From Octopus vulgaris (Eukaryota), in contig OX597842.1 of assembly GCA_951406725.2 (NCBI GenBank), positions 1,488,001 to 1,552,000 of the forward strand: 64,000 nucleotides of DNA, written 5' to 3'. The notes beneath the pieces were generated by a model. The model was not told the DNA's origin. It did no database searches and saw only the letters and a list, made by a program, of their open reading frames with translations. Shown here one piece after another: positions 1 through 13,007 of this stretch (positions within the stretch are counted from its first letter, which is position 1; every line of letters begins with the position of its first letter). The translations under genes were made by a program, and so were the position numbers.

Positions 1-10
1 TATTATATAA

Positions 11-400
11 GGCGCAGGAGTGGCTGTGTGGTAAGTAGCTTGCTTACCAACCACATGGCTCTGGGTTCAGTCCTACTGCGTGGCACTTTGGGCAAGAGTC
101 TTCTACTATAGCCTTGGGCTGACCAAAGCCTTGTGAGTGGATTTGGTAGACAGAAACTGAAAGAAGCCCATCGTGTATATGTATATTCATGCATGTACAT
201 GTGTGTATACTTGTGTGTCTGTGTTTGTCCCCCCAACATCACTTGACAACCGATGCTGGTGTGTTTACGTCTGCATAACTTAGCAGTTCAAAAGAGATGG
301 ATAGAATAAGTACAAGGCTTACAAAGAATAAGTCCTGGGGTCGATTTGCTCCTGCATGGCCGCAGTCAAATGACTGAAACAAGTAAAAGAGTAAAAGAGA
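11..400 (+). mobile_element. tRNA-derived SINE, family A (full length)
   Basis: Head GGCGCAGGAGTGGCTGTGTGG (A box) ... GGTTCAGTCC (B box), internal (TA/TG)n, tail TGACTGAAACAAG(TAAAAGAG)n; recurs about 25 times in the window. Confidence 0.9.
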
Positions 401-620
401 GTAAACTGAATATAGTCAAGTTTTAATATTTACAAAGATGTGTGTGTGTGTGTGTGTTTCTCGCACCATCGTCACTCCACAACCAGTCTTGGTTTGTTTA
501 CATCCCCGTGGTTTAACCGTTTAGCAAGAGACTGACAGAACCCCAAAAGCTATAGCAAAAACATGCAACTCCACTACGACCACAACATGAAGTAAAAGAA
601 CAGCAACAACAACAACAGTG

Positions 621-737
621 AGGGCACAGAAAGTTTGTCAATAGCCAGCTGGAGGTGGGTGTCCTCCTGGCGCTACAAGCTACAGTAGCATCCGTCCTTA
701 AGGGTTAGCCACATTTAAGTGGCAAATATACTTCACG
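621..737 (+). repeat. Single diverged arm of the fold-back family seen at 48874-49284
   Basis: AGGGCACAGAAAGT...TAGCCAGCTGGAGG...CTACAGTAGCATCC...GGGTTAGCCA aligns to 49170-49284; followed by (TA)n. Confidence 0.75.
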
Positions 738-916
738 ATATATATATATATATATAGTTAATACAAAAATGAAAACACAAAGACAAAACACAACAACGCG
801 GTTAATATATATTAATATTATAGTTGAAACTTATTAAAAACGAAAGGTGAGGACAGGTGTATGAACAATGAACAACAAGCAAGCATATCAGTTTGATGCT
901 TGAGAAAAATGAAAAA

Positions 917-955
917 GTCTTTTATGTTTTGAGCCTACGCTCTTCATCAGAAAGG
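917..955 (-). ncRNA. Decayed minimal hammerhead ribozyme motif (Penelope-type)
   Basis: Minus strand: cttt CTGATGA A GAGC gtag GCTC AAAAC ATA aaag; expected GAAAC-GTA is mutated. Confidence 0.55.
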
Positions 956-1038
956 AACAAGAAGAAACAAACAAAGAGAGAATGCATAAAATGTGTTGAG
1001 TTCAGTGGTCAAACATGGCGCATATATATGTATATATA

Positions 1039-1438
1039 GGCGCAGGAGTGGCTGTGTGGTAAGTAGCTTGCTAACCAACCACATGATTCCGGGTTCAGCC
1101 CCACTGCATGGCATCTTGGGCAAATGTCTTCTGCTATAGCCCCGTGCTGACCAAAGCCTTGTGAGTGGATTTGGTAGACGGAAACTAAAAGAAGCCTGTC
1201 GTATATATGAATATATATATATGTATGTGTGTGGGTTTGTGTGTCTGTGTCTGTCCCCCTAGCATTGCTTGACAACCGATGCTGGTGTGTTTACATCCCC
1301 GTCATTTAGCGGTTCGGCAAAAAGAAACCGATAGAATAAGTACTGGGCTTACAAAGAATAAGTCCCGGGGTTGATTTGCTCGACTAAAGGCGGTGCTCCA
1401 GCATGGCCGCAGTCAAATGACTGAAACAAGTAAAAGAG
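1039..1438 (+). mobile_element. SINE family A
   Basis: Full-length match to 11-400. Confidence 0.9.
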
Positions 1439-1611
1439 TATATATGGGAAAAGTGAAAGTGTGAACTCAACATGATAGCTGAGTTTTAATGGAAAATAAC
1501 GAAGAATACCAGTGATTATCAAAGGGATTGTTCAACTATAAAACCGTTCAAGGTGGTGCTCCAGCATGGCTGCAGACATATGACTGAAACAAGTAAAGGA
1601 TATATCTATTA

Positions 1612-1836
1612 TCTTTTACTTGTTTCACTCATTACACTGCGACCATGCTGGGGCACTGCCTTGAGTTTTTAGTCGAATGAATTAACTCTGGGACTTTTTC
1701 CATCTACAAATTCCACTCACAAGGCTTGTCAGCTCGAAGCTATTGTAGAAGATGCTCAAGGTGCCATGCAGTGGGACTGAACCCGGAACCATGTGGCTGG
1801 TTAGCAAGCTACTTACCACACAGCCACTCCTATGCC
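1612..1836 (-). mobile_element. SINE family A, internally deleted
   Basis: Reverse complement of tail and head joined. Confidence 0.75.
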
Positions 1837-1861
1837 TATGTATATATATATGTGTGTGTAT

Positions 1862-1894
<33 letters not shown>

Positions 1895-2152
1895 CTGGCT
1901 TCCGTGCCGGTGGCACATTAAAAGCACCAACCGATCGTGGCCGATGCCAGACTCCCCTGGCACCTGTGCCGGTGGCACGTAAAAAGCACCCACTACACTC
2001 GTGGAGTGGTTGGCGTTAGGAAGGGCATCCAGCTGTAGAAACACTGCCAGATCAGACTGGAGCCTGGTGCAGCCCCTGGCTTCCCAGACCCTGCTCGAAC
2101 CGTCCAACTCATGCTAGCACGGAAAACGGACGTTAAACGATGATGATGATGA
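1895..2152 (+). mobile_element. Retroposon family E (RTE-related module with (GAT)n tail)
   Basis: GTTGGCGTTAGGAAGGGCATCCAGCTGTAGAAA...GGACGTTAAAC(GAT)n; also near 14940, 18705, 30005, 39387, 39943, 48140, 52200, 58130. Confidence 0.75.
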
Positions 2153-2298
2153 TATATATATATATGGAGTAAATAATTTATGAAAAAATGATTTGCGAAG
2201 TTATCATTTGGCAATTTAAATAAGAGATTTGACTGCTATTTCCAGCATGTAGACATACCTAGTATATCCTTTGATTAATTTTAATCCTTTGGATATTT

Positions 2299-2343
<45 letters not shown>

Positions 2344-3140
2344 CGGTGTTGTTTTGTTTATGTTTCCATAACTTAACAGTTTGGCATAAGAGACCGTCAG
2401 AATACCACCAATACCAACAACAACAGCAGCAACAACAACTACACCAAAAATTAAAAGTGAAAGAGAGAAATCAAAATGGCGGATGAGTTTTAATTTAGAT
2501 TAACAAAGATTATAGGCAATTACCATAGATTGACAAAGGATTAGTGGCTTTCTTTTTTGTTAATCTAATATTTGACCCTCAATTTCATGGTCATTGTTCA
2601 CAGAACATTGCTGACCTCACCAAAGAAACGATGCTTTAACATGGAAGATAACTTTTTTCCGGGTCTCCCGATATCAAAGACATTCAAAGAAGATAATGGC
2701 AGAGACATGTGATGGAGACATACAAGTCACAGAAAATGTCTTCATAAGAAGACGTTGCTTAACTAAGAGCAGAAACTGTGACAGATTGATTAGGAGATAT
2801 AAAGAATTTGACAGAGAAACATTTTACTTTTAGATTAAATAACGACATTTATTTAATTATATTTTAATTTTTTTCCTTAATTCTTTAGTTTCATTTTTTT
2901 GTCTTTGATAGCTTTTTATTTTCCGTGGTTTGTGTTGGAGGGGGTGGTTGAATGAAGAGGGAAAAGAAAAAAGATGTTTCTTTGAATTTTGTTTTTTTTC
3001 TCTTAGAACTCTTTAAAATTTCTTTTCTGAAATAAAAACATTTTCTCTTCATTTTCAGATTTGGTTTGCAAGATTACTGATGTGAATTATAAAGAAGTGA
3101 TATTAAATCAGTGCTTGTTTTGTTATATCTATATATAATA

Positions 3141-3540
3141 GGCGCAGGAGTGGCTGTGTGGTAAGTAGCTTGCTTACCAACCACATGGTTCCGGGTTCAG
3201 TCCCACTGTGTGGCACCTTGGGCAAGTGTCTCCTATAGCCTAAGGCAGACTAAAGCCTTGTGAGTGGATTTGGTAGCTGGAAACTGAAAGAAGCCTGTCG
3301 TATATATGTATATATATATAAGTGTGTGTGTGTATGTTTGTGTGTCTGTGTTTGTCCCCCTAGCATTGCTTGACAACCGATGCTGGTGTGTTTACATCCC
3401 CGTCACTTAGCAGTTCGGCAAAAGAGACCGATAGAATAAGTAATGGGCTTACAAAGAATTAGTCCCGGGGTCGATTTGCTCGACTAAAGGCGGTGCTCCA
3501 GCATGGCCACAGTCAAATGACTGAAACAAGTAGAGAGAGA
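3141..3540 (+). mobile_element. SINE family A
   Basis: Full-length match. Confidence 0.9.
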
Positions 3541-3541
3541 G

Positions 3542-3922
3542 TATATAAAGCTGAAGTTGTCTGTGTATGGCAGGTTTGGTAGCCTTCAACTAACACTATC
3601 TCCTCCGAGACCCTGTGGCACAAGCTCACCAAAATTGAGAGTATGATAGAAGGTTTGCTCTTCCTTCCGTAGAAGATAAAATTCAAATCGGACCATGTTA
3701 ACACCAAAAATTATTTACATCAAAAAGGTGCTTTTTTTCTATGAAAATCCCTATTTTTTACAATTTTTTTACTGCTGTGTCGCTATTTTTCGGTGTATTT
3801 CAACCAGAAAAATGTTCAATTAAAGAGAATAACAAGCTACATAATGCAAAAGTTTTACTATTCAAAAATTCCAATTCTAAAGGGTCGAAACAAACCCGAG
3901 CAACGCCAGGCGATACTGCTAG
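3542..3922 (+). mobile_element. Non-autonomous Helitron-like element
   Basis: Subterminal hairpin CCCGAGCAACGCCAGG followed by terminal CTAG then T; same end as 35160-35593. Confidence 0.6.
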
Positions 3923-4197
3923 TTATTGATATAATGACCTTCCCAAGACACAAGATAAAAGTTTTTATTTACCAACATATATTTAAAGGGTGAAAAAACA
4001 TTACGAGGAAAAATCCCAGAACCACCTCACTAAGGAAAGAAAGTAAAAGACAAAAAGTGGAAGGGTGGGGGGTCAAGTAGCAAAAAATTGAGGGTGAGTA
4101 ACAAGTTGTATATCCCAGACCAAAGGGATTGTTCCACTGCACCTTGCAGACATAATTGCAAAGGTGTTGCCGGCAACGAAAATTATATTTTATCACA

Positions 4198-4616
4198 CTC
4201 TTTACTCTTTTCTCTGTTTTACTTGTTTCAGTCATCTGACCGTGGCCATGCTGGAGCACCACCTTTAATCGAGCAACTCGACCCCAGGACTTATTCTTTT
4301 GTAAGCCCAGTACTTATTCTATCGGTCTCTTTTGCCGAACCGCTAAGTAACGGGGACATAAATACATCAGCATTGGTTGTCAAGCAAAGCTAGGGGGACA
4401 AACACAGACACACACGCCCATATATATATATATATATATACATTCACATATACGACAGGCTTCTTTCAGTTTCCGTCTACCAAATCCACTCACAAGGCTT
4501 TGGTCGGCCCGGGGCTATAGCAGAAGACACTTGCTCAAGATGCCATGCAGTGGGACTGAACCCGGAACCATGTGGTTGGTAAGCAAGCTACTTACCACAC
4601 AGTCACTCCTACGCCT
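4198..4616 (-). mobile_element. SINE family A
   Basis: Full-length reverse-complement match. Confidence 0.9.
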
Positions 4617-4679
4617 ACTGTGTAAGATGATTTTTGTCCTTGGGTTGCAACTGTTATTTCCTATATGATTATAAAATAA

Positions 4680-4928
4680 ATGTGCCCTTTTTAAAGCCTA
4701 GCTAGGCTCATGGGCCCGGTTTCCCAGTTTCTATGGCATATGTGTTCCCCACTTGGACGGGATGCCAGTCCATTGCAGTGTTACTCATTTTTGCCAACTG
4801 AGTGGACTGGAGCAACGTGAAATGAAGTGTTTTGCTCAAGAACACAATGCGTCACCCAGTCCAGGAATCGAAACTACAATCTTACAATCATGAGTTCAAC
4901 ACCCTAACCACTAAGCCACGCACCTCCA
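4680..4928 (-). mobile_element. tRNA-derived SINE with CORE-like and V-like central segments
   Basis: Head GGAGGTGCGTGGCTTAGTGG...GTTTCGATTCC; then TTGTGTTCTTGAGCAAAACACTT and CTGCAATGGACTGGCATCCCGTCCA; domain names assigned from memory. Confidence 0.65.
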
Positions 4929-6144
4929 CCCTATAGGATTAACCCTAGAAAATATGAAAAATGGTTAATATTTCCTTCCAACTTTTCTTTTGTTACATAT
5001 ATTCAAAACTCAAAGAATTCCTCTCCACACATGGCTATGATGCTCCCCAACTACTTCCGCTCGTGATCAGAGATGCACATATCATCAGCTACTAAGGGAC
5101 ATGCTCAACTGGTTATGGTCAAACAACCGACAAGCAAATCTGTGATAACGAGTAGTATATTTAGTATAATGATATTTCTGCTTCAGCAACTCATTGCTGA
5201 ATCTGTCTAAAATCATCATCATCATCATCGTTTAGCGTCCGTTTTCCATGCTAGCATGGGTTGGACGGAGAAAATGTAATGGAAAATAAGTCAGTTTCAA
5301 ACCATTGATGTCCAGGTGACAAAAGCAAAGTTTGAAGGGGATAGTAGTCATTTCCTTTGATTTCTAGATATGAGAAGCCAAGAGGAAATAGCACCTACTG
5401 ACCAAAGAAAAAAAAATAATTTTGTTACACAGTCTAATATGAAATTTTGGATGAAAATGCTCAGAGGTATTTCTCCCAAAGTTTTAGATTCCGAGTTCAA
5501 ATTCTGCCAAGGTCAACTTTGTGTTTCAATTTTTTAGTGTCAGTAAAATATGTACCAGTTATGCACTGGTGTCAATGCAGTCGATTTTCCCTTCCCTTAA
5601 ACCTGTTGGCATTGTACCAAAATTAGAAACCAAAGTTGGTGATCTGGCAGTATTGTTAGCATGTCGGACAAAATGCTTAGTAGCATTTCTTTCAGCTTTA
5701 CAGTCTGAGTTCAAATTCCACTGAGGTCGACTTTGCCTTTCATCATGTGGGAAAAGAAGATGGGTCACAGTATGGCCAGCTGTGGTCAATCAGTCTAATG
5801 CATGCTTGGAAGATTCTGCCACAGGTCAGGCACTGGTGGTCTTCTGAGAATAAAGGCAAAGAGTTAGCTCTGGGCTTGCAGAGCTCATGTTATTTTTGTG
5901 CTCCTGTGATCCCATTCTGTTTGTAGGAAGTGGTACCTCTGTTGGTGCAGCTATGCCAGGCAGGGTGGTCCTGTGCCTACATTTCCAAAGTTTTGGGGTT
6001 GATTTGAAAGAACTTCAGTAAAGCTAATATGGCAGTTCATAAATATAGGACGAACGCTGCCGTTGATTAGCTCCAAGAGGCCATCACCTCTAGCTAGCTA
6101 TATGACACACCAACCTGTATCCATTCCCCTTGTTGGTCAGGCAC

Positions 6145-6185
6145 CTGCAGACATGCTTCAGGGTTTTTGCCCTTTATCAATGCAG
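6145..6185 (-). ncRNA. Decayed type I hammerhead motif
   Basis: ctgca-TTGATAA-aggg caaaaa ccct-GAAG-catg-TC-tgcag; stems I and II intact, three core substitutions. Confidence 0.55.
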
Positions 6186-6287
6186 ATTAGCTGAACCCAG
6201 CATGCATCACTGCTGACCCTCTGTTCGAAGAATTATTTACCTAAATTCAGTGGAATACATCCACCGGTTTTCAAAAATAAAAATATT

Positions 6288-6678
6288 TTTATTTCTAAGT
6301 TTCTCTAAAGGAGACTACAGCAGTGGTACTGGATATTAATAGTTATCGCCAAGCTAATAAGGCAGTCCAGAAATATATGACTAAAGCTGCCGTTGATTAG
6401 CTCCAAGAGGCCATCGCCTCTAGCTAGCTATATGACACACAAACCTGTGTTGGTGTCATATATGCCTCACAAGCAAGGGGAAGCAGCTGACCTCTCCTGT
6501 TCAAAGGTTATAATGGACACAGGTTTGTGTGTCATGTAGCTAGCTAGAGGCAATGGCCTCTTGGAGCTAATCAATGTCAGCATTCGTCCTATATTTCTGG
6601 ACTGCCATATTAGCTTGGCAAAAACCATTAATATTCAATACTGCTACCATAGTCTCCTTTAGAGAGATTTAGAAATAA
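6288..6678. repeat. Inverted repeat with ~160-bp arms, plus a direct partial copy at ~6020-6118
   Basis: 6288-6450 versus reverse complement 6517-6678; core GCTGCCGTTGATTAGCTCCAAGAGGCC at 6057 and 6386. Confidence 0.85.
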
Positions 6679-6939
6679 TAAAATTTTAACTTCAGTAATG
6701 CTTTGTATGTATCTTTCAAATGCTTTTTCTGCCCACCTTGTTGTGTGCACCTGTCTTCTGCCAATTCACTGTAAAACAGGCTTTTGGGTAGTCATGTGTC
6801 AGGCATTCAAACAAGGTAACCTGTGCTCTCCTCAGCAGAGTGTAAATGCTTGGCAGACCAGCTCAAGAGAGGACTTCCATGTCTGGGACCTAGTTTTGCC
6901 AGGTGATTTTCAACAGCTTTCTCAGACAGTCCAAGTGGA

Positions 6940-7213
6940 AGCGGTTTAGCATCAAGATCAGATTCAGGACGATAGCAGATTCTTCAACCTGTGGAAGCTA
7001 CAAGCCAAGACCAAGGTGGAAAAGGGCTCAGTGCACAACATCCTGTTTGCAGACAAATGTGCACTCAACACTGCCACAGAGGCCCAGATGCAACAGAGCA
7101 TAAATTGTTTTCCTGCTGTCTGCAACAAGTTTGACCTCACAATCAATACTCAGAAGGCAGAGGTCAGGCACCAAACTGCCTCACAAACGCAGTATGTGGC
7201 GCCAACTATAACC
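6940..7213 (+). pseudogene. RTE/BovB-type LINE reverse transcriptase fragment
   Basis: Translation FFNLWKLQAKTKV...NILFADKCAL...FDLTINTQK resembles the RT LFADD region; truncated by a SINE. Confidence 0.8.
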
Positions 7214-7583
7214 CTTTTACTTGTTTCAGTCATGGGACTGTGGCCATGCTGGAGCACCGCCTTTAGTAGAGCAAATCGTCCCCAGGACTTATTCTTTGTA
7301 AGCGTAGTACTTATTCTATCAGTCTCTTTTGCCAAACCGCTGAGTTACAGGGACGTAAACACACCAGCATTGGTTGTCAAGCAATGTTGCGGGGGACAAA
7401 CACAGACACACAATCATATACACACACATACATACATATATATATACACATACATACGACAGGCTTCTTTCAGTTTCCATCTCCCAAATGCACTCACAAG
7501 GCTTTGGTCGGCCCAGGGCTATAGTAGAAGACACTTGCCCAAGGTGCCATGCAGTGGGACTGAACCCAGAACCATTTGGTTCG
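7214..7583 (-). mobile_element. SINE family A (5'-truncated)
   Basis: Reverse-complement match. Confidence 0.85.
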
Positions 7584-8460
7584 TATTATACACAAAGTTT
7601 AGGTTTTTCAGAGGTACAGCCTCCTAAAAATCCCCTGCGTATTATACTCAAGGGTGGACTATACTTGAGGATTCACGGTATATAAGATGTGTGTTTAAGA
7701 CATGCAATGATACTTAAACATGGATATCGGATGGAGAGTAGCATAAATCATTCAAGAATGTGTTGTAATTATGTACAGCATTGAAATGTTAACTATGGAT
7801 ATCGAAAGCAATTTATGATGTGTGTAACGCATTCAAATTATGTCTCGCAAAGAATCATTAAGTTGGTTATCAGAGAGAATTATTTGAAATGCTTGAAAGA
7901 AAAGTGTGAAGTTGCATGTAAAACGAAACAAAGAGATCCATAAAGAGCGAAAGCATTTTATTGTGCTTCTGCAAGAAATGATTCTTGCAAGATATTTATG
8001 TATTGAGCTCCGGATGAACAAGGTGTGAAAATGAAACGAGAAAGTACCACAGGAGTGAAAAGTGATGAGCAAGTTTGATATAAACACATCATAGTGTTTG
8101 ACAGAATTAAATGAAAGGGGTCATGCATGTCATGTGTAGAAATGCCAACCATATGATGAGCAGATATTTATATGCTTAGTATATACACAAAGGTAGGCAC
8201 ATATTATTATAAAGGATTTTGTTTAGCTAAGGAATATTAACTTAACAAACAACTATGTATACTAATTTATAAATACAAATCAAATATGACTTATTATATT
8301 CTTTAAATCCAGATCTTACTAATAACATTTTAATTAATAATCTATATTAATTATAGGTCTATGTCTAATAAACTACAATATATATATATGTATATAGTTG
8401 CCATGATAGATCAGTTGCCACTACATGCATTTTTATCTCTCCTTGTTTTTTCTGTGTCCC

Positions 8461-8494
8461 TTTCTGTAGAAGAGCATAGGCTCAAAACGTAAAA
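8461..8494 (+). ncRNA. Decayed minimal hammerhead motif
   Basis: ttt CTGTAGA A GAGC atag GCTC AAAAC GTA aaa; homologous to 917-955. Confidence 0.5.
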
Positions 8495-8685
8495 ATTTTT
8501 TTTCAATTTCCTGAGCGTTTTCCTAATACATCTCCCTATATGCTCTTTTACTCTTTTACTTGTTTCAGTCATGCCCAAGATGCCACGCAGTGGGACTGAA
8601 CCTGGAACCATGTGGTTGGTTAGCAAGCTACTTACCACACAGCCACTCCTGCACCTATATATATATATACATTCTTTTTTTTTTC

Positions 8686-9093
8686 TTTTTACTTGTTTCA
8701 GTCATTTGACTGCGGCCATGCTGGAGCACCGCCTTTAATCAAGCAACTCGACCCCAGGACTTATTCTTTTGTAAGCCCAGTACTTATTCTATCGGTCTCT
8801 TTTGCCAAACCGCTAAGTTACGGGGACGTAAACACACCACCATCGGTTGTCAAGCAATGCTAGGGGGACAAACACAGACACACAAACACATACACGTATA
8901 TATATATATACATATATATATATACATATCTACGATGGGCTTCTTTCAGTTTCCGTCTACCAAATCCACTCACAAGGCTTTGGTCAGCCCAAGGCTATAG
9001 TAGAAGACACTTGCCCAAGGTGCCACACAGTGGGACTGAACCCAAAACCATGTGGTTGGTAAACAAGCTACTTAGCACACAGCCACTCCTATG

Positions 9094-9095
<2 letters not shown>
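8686..9095 (-). mobile_element. SINE family A
   Basis: Full-length reverse-complement match. Confidence 0.9.
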
Positions 9096-9155
<60 letters not shown>

Positions 9156-9845
9156 ATCTAAACAGAGAACAAACAAGAAAAAACAATAATGCGAGGACAT
9201 GGTACAAGTATTGTATTATCAGACACTCAGGAAAGGAAGGAAAGAGGATTTAATGTTTTGTGCAAAGCTCTCCTTCAGAAATAAAGAAAAGTTGGAGGAA
9301 GAAAATTGCCAACGATACACACATTTTGAAAATGTATATAAATCAGGCACGTATCATCAGAATTGTTACTTTTTTCAACTATGTATTACAAAATCCTTTT
9401 TTTCAATAGAAATATTTTTTCAAATATATATTATTTCTTCATACAGCATTATTTTTCTGTTTAGAATGCCGCAGGTAGTACCAGTCTACATTGTTTACTA
9501 GTAGCACTACTAACACATAGCGACCTGGAAGAAATCCTACAAACAGATTTACATTATTTTTCACTGTGTATAGTTCAAATCCTACTTCAAGATTTTTAAT
9601 ATCTTTTACTGCACGTAGTTCTTCCATTTAGACACTCCTTGTTACCACTGATATAACGGCACCATTATACAGTGGGAGGTATCCTTGTTGCCACTGATAC
9701 GTCCCGCATTATGACGACATCATTTCATTGTATGCATGACTGGCTTGTACAGCATACCTCGCTGACTGACATTGTTAGCTGAGCCTGTCCACTATTTATC
9801 AGTAGTAGAACAGCCCACTTCTTACTTGGGGGTATCCACCACAAC

Positions 9846-9894
<49 letters not shown>

Positions 9895-9947
9895 TATATA
9901 TATATATACACACACACATATATATACACACACACACACATATATAT

Positions 9948-9978
<31 letters not shown>

Positions 9979-10969
9979 AAGAGAGAGGGAGAGAGAGAGA
10001 GAGCAATGCAGGCATGGTTGTGAGGTAAGAAGCTTGTTTTCCTACCATGTGGTTCCAGGTTCAGTCCCATTGTGTGACACCATGGGCAAGTATTTTCTAT
10101 AATAGCTTCAGGCTGACCAAAGCCTTGTGAGTGAATTTGGTAAACAGAAACTGAAAGAAGCCCATTGCACATATCTATATGTATGTGCATATCTTTTAGC
10201 TAGCTAGCTAGATACTTAGATGATAGATAAACAGATAGACAGAGTGACACATAGTGAGAGAGAATGATGAAGTGATTGATATAGATAGATAGATGATAGA
10301 TAGGCAGACAGACAGATAGATAGAAGTATGTTTAATTTGCTTTTGCTGAATTGGAAGATGAAAGGGCCCATCATGCAGAACCTCATCACGCCAATTTCTC
10401 CAGTCACCACCACCACCAACAACAACAACAACAACGCAATCACCACCACCGCTATCATCACTACCACAACCATCATCCACCTCCATGAGAAGCAGAACTT
10501 ATCTTGTTACTCGCCACTGACCCATCCACACAATCCACACACATCAGTCATCATATCAGTTTACCCTAAAGCCCATCTCTCTGTTGGGTCACCTTGACAT
10601 CAAAAGACAACGTAGCTGCAAGGTTTCAATGTTGTTAATATCATCAGTTCACTGTAGGAAATAAAAAGATTTCAGACTCTGCACTTTCATCAATTTTTGT
10701 TCGGTTTTATCTGTTTGTATGTAGAGTGTTCTTGTGTGTGTATTTATTTGCCAAATAACTAGCTTATATTTTTCATTGTCGGGAATTTCCAGATAATCTT
10801 CTTGTATGTGTGAAGTCTGTGTGAGTGTATGTGTGTGTATATGAAGTGTTTTGTTTCACTGTTTGATATATATATTTGTGTGTTTGCACACAATGTTGTA
10901 TTTTGGGGCATTTGTGTATGTGTGTGTCCATGTAACGGAAATGTTGGGTTTTAGTGTATGCGTTGTTGC

Positions 10970-12670
10970 CTATATAGTTTTGTGTGTGTGTATAATTTCA
11001 TGTGTCTGTACATATGTTTGAAATAGTGTTCTGTGTATGAGATATGTATGTGGATTTCAATTCATATGTGTGTGTGTATATAATGTTGTATTTGTGAGTG
11101 TGTGTTCGTGTGTGTGTGTGTGTGTGCACAGATTTGAGAGAGAGAGTGTCTGTGTGTGTTGTTTTGAGATATGTTTGTGTACACATGTGTATACTTATTT
11201 TTAAAGTATGAATGTGTGTAAATATATGTGTGTTTGTGTGTGTGTATGCGATGCATGTGTGTGTATAGATTTTACAATGTATGTATATATATATGTGTAT
11301 GTATTGTTTTGAGGATATGCATGTGCGTGTGTGTATATATATATAATTTTGAAAGTGTGTGTATATATGTGTGTTTGTGCATACATATAATATAGAGTGG
11401 ATGTGTGTGTGTGTGATAGTTGTGTACATAAATTTATGAGTATGTGTGTGTGTGTGATAGTTGTGTACATAAATTTGTGAGTGTGTGTTTGTGTGTGCAT
11501 GTGTACATGTAATTTTGAAAGTGAGTACGTGTATATGTGTGTGACTGAGTGCGTATATAATATAATAAGTGGATATATGTGTGTATGAGTGCGTGTGTGA
11601 TGCATGTGTATGTATAGTTTTGCAAGTGTGTATATGAATGTATACATGTGTACATATCATTTTCAGTGTATATGTGTATGCATGAGTGTGCATGTGTGTG
11701 TATGTATATAATTCTGAGAGAGTGTGTGTGTGTGTATACATGTATGTAGTATAAAGAGTGGATATATATGTGATGCATGTTTATGTTTGTATATAATTTT
11801 AAGAGTATGTGTATATATGAAAGTACACATGTATACATGTATATGATTGTGTGTGTGCATGTGTATATATATGTGTGCATGGGTTTGTGAATGTGTATAA
11901 TATAGGAAGTAGTTATACATGTGAAGCGTATATGTATAGCTTTGCGAGTGTAACGTGCACATATATGTATATAATTTTAACAGCAAGTGTGCATGTGTGT
12001 ATATGTATATCATTCTGTGAATGTCTGTGTGTGTATATATGTATGTGCGTATGTGTATAAAGCAAGGAATGGATATATATGTGGGATGTGTGCATGTGTA
12101 GTTTCAAAAGTGTGTATGTGTGAATCTGCAAGTGTATGTATATATATTACTCTGAGGATGTGTGTGGATTTGCATGTGTGTGTGTGTATATGTGATGTGT
12201 GTATGTGCATAGTTCCAAGAGTGTGTATAAGAGTGTCTTCATAGTTTTAAGAGTGCGTATGTGTGAATATGTGCATAATTCTGTGGCTATGTATGAATGT
12301 GTATGTATGTGTACATGTATAATTATGAGAGTGTGTGGGCATGTATGTATATGTGTGTGTATGCTTTTTATACATTTAAGGGTATGTATGTGTATGCATA
12401 TATATGTATATAATTTTGAGTGTGAGTGTGTGTGGGGCTGCATGCATGGATGTGAGTGTGTATGAGTGTGTGTACGTGTGAGTGTATGTGCGTGTGTGTG
12501 TGCGTGTGTGTGCATGTGTGAGTCTGTGTATGAGTGTGTGTGTGTGTGTGTGCGAGAGAGCGTGTGCATGTGTGAGTGTGTGACAGAGAGCGTGTGTGAG
12601 AGAGAGAGCATGTGTGAGTGTGTCTGCATGTGTGTGTGTGTGTGTGTGTGTGTGTGAGTGTGCATGTGTG
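10970..12670. repeat. Degenerate (TG/TA)n tract with recurrent TAATTTTGARAGT-like spacer
   Basis: Direct reading. Confidence 0.8.
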
Positions 12671-12917
12671 TGGTTTGCTGTACTTTTTTGCCTTCCATAT
12701 ATCTGTAAGGCAACACAGCTTTAGAAATAGAGAAAAAGAAAATTCGAGAAAACGAATAAAAATAAAATAAGAAATGACAGCAACAGCAACAACAACAACA
12801 TCACCTGAGATGAAGCAACAAGGCAATAACAAAAAAAAAAAGAGAAAAAAAAGGACCCTCCCCTAAAAGCAGTAAGGCTACAAAGACAGCAATAACAACT
12901 AGAACACTGAAGCAACA

Positions 12918-12942
12918 ATGAAAATGATGATGTTGAAGATAG

Positions 12943-13007
<65 letters not shown>

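Noticed and set aside
11-85. tRNA genes at SINE heads
   Set aside because: A and B boxes are present but each is fused to a SINE body; these are not standalone tRNAs
3-242. Recurrent ORFs such as PKVPRSGTEPGTMWLVSKLLTTQPLL
   Set aside because: Antisense translations of SINE A, repeated at each copy
3040-3110. Strong plus-strand splice acceptor (TTTTCTCTTCATTTTCAG)
   Set aside because: No convincing donor or recognisable reading frame downstream; may be a repeat fragment
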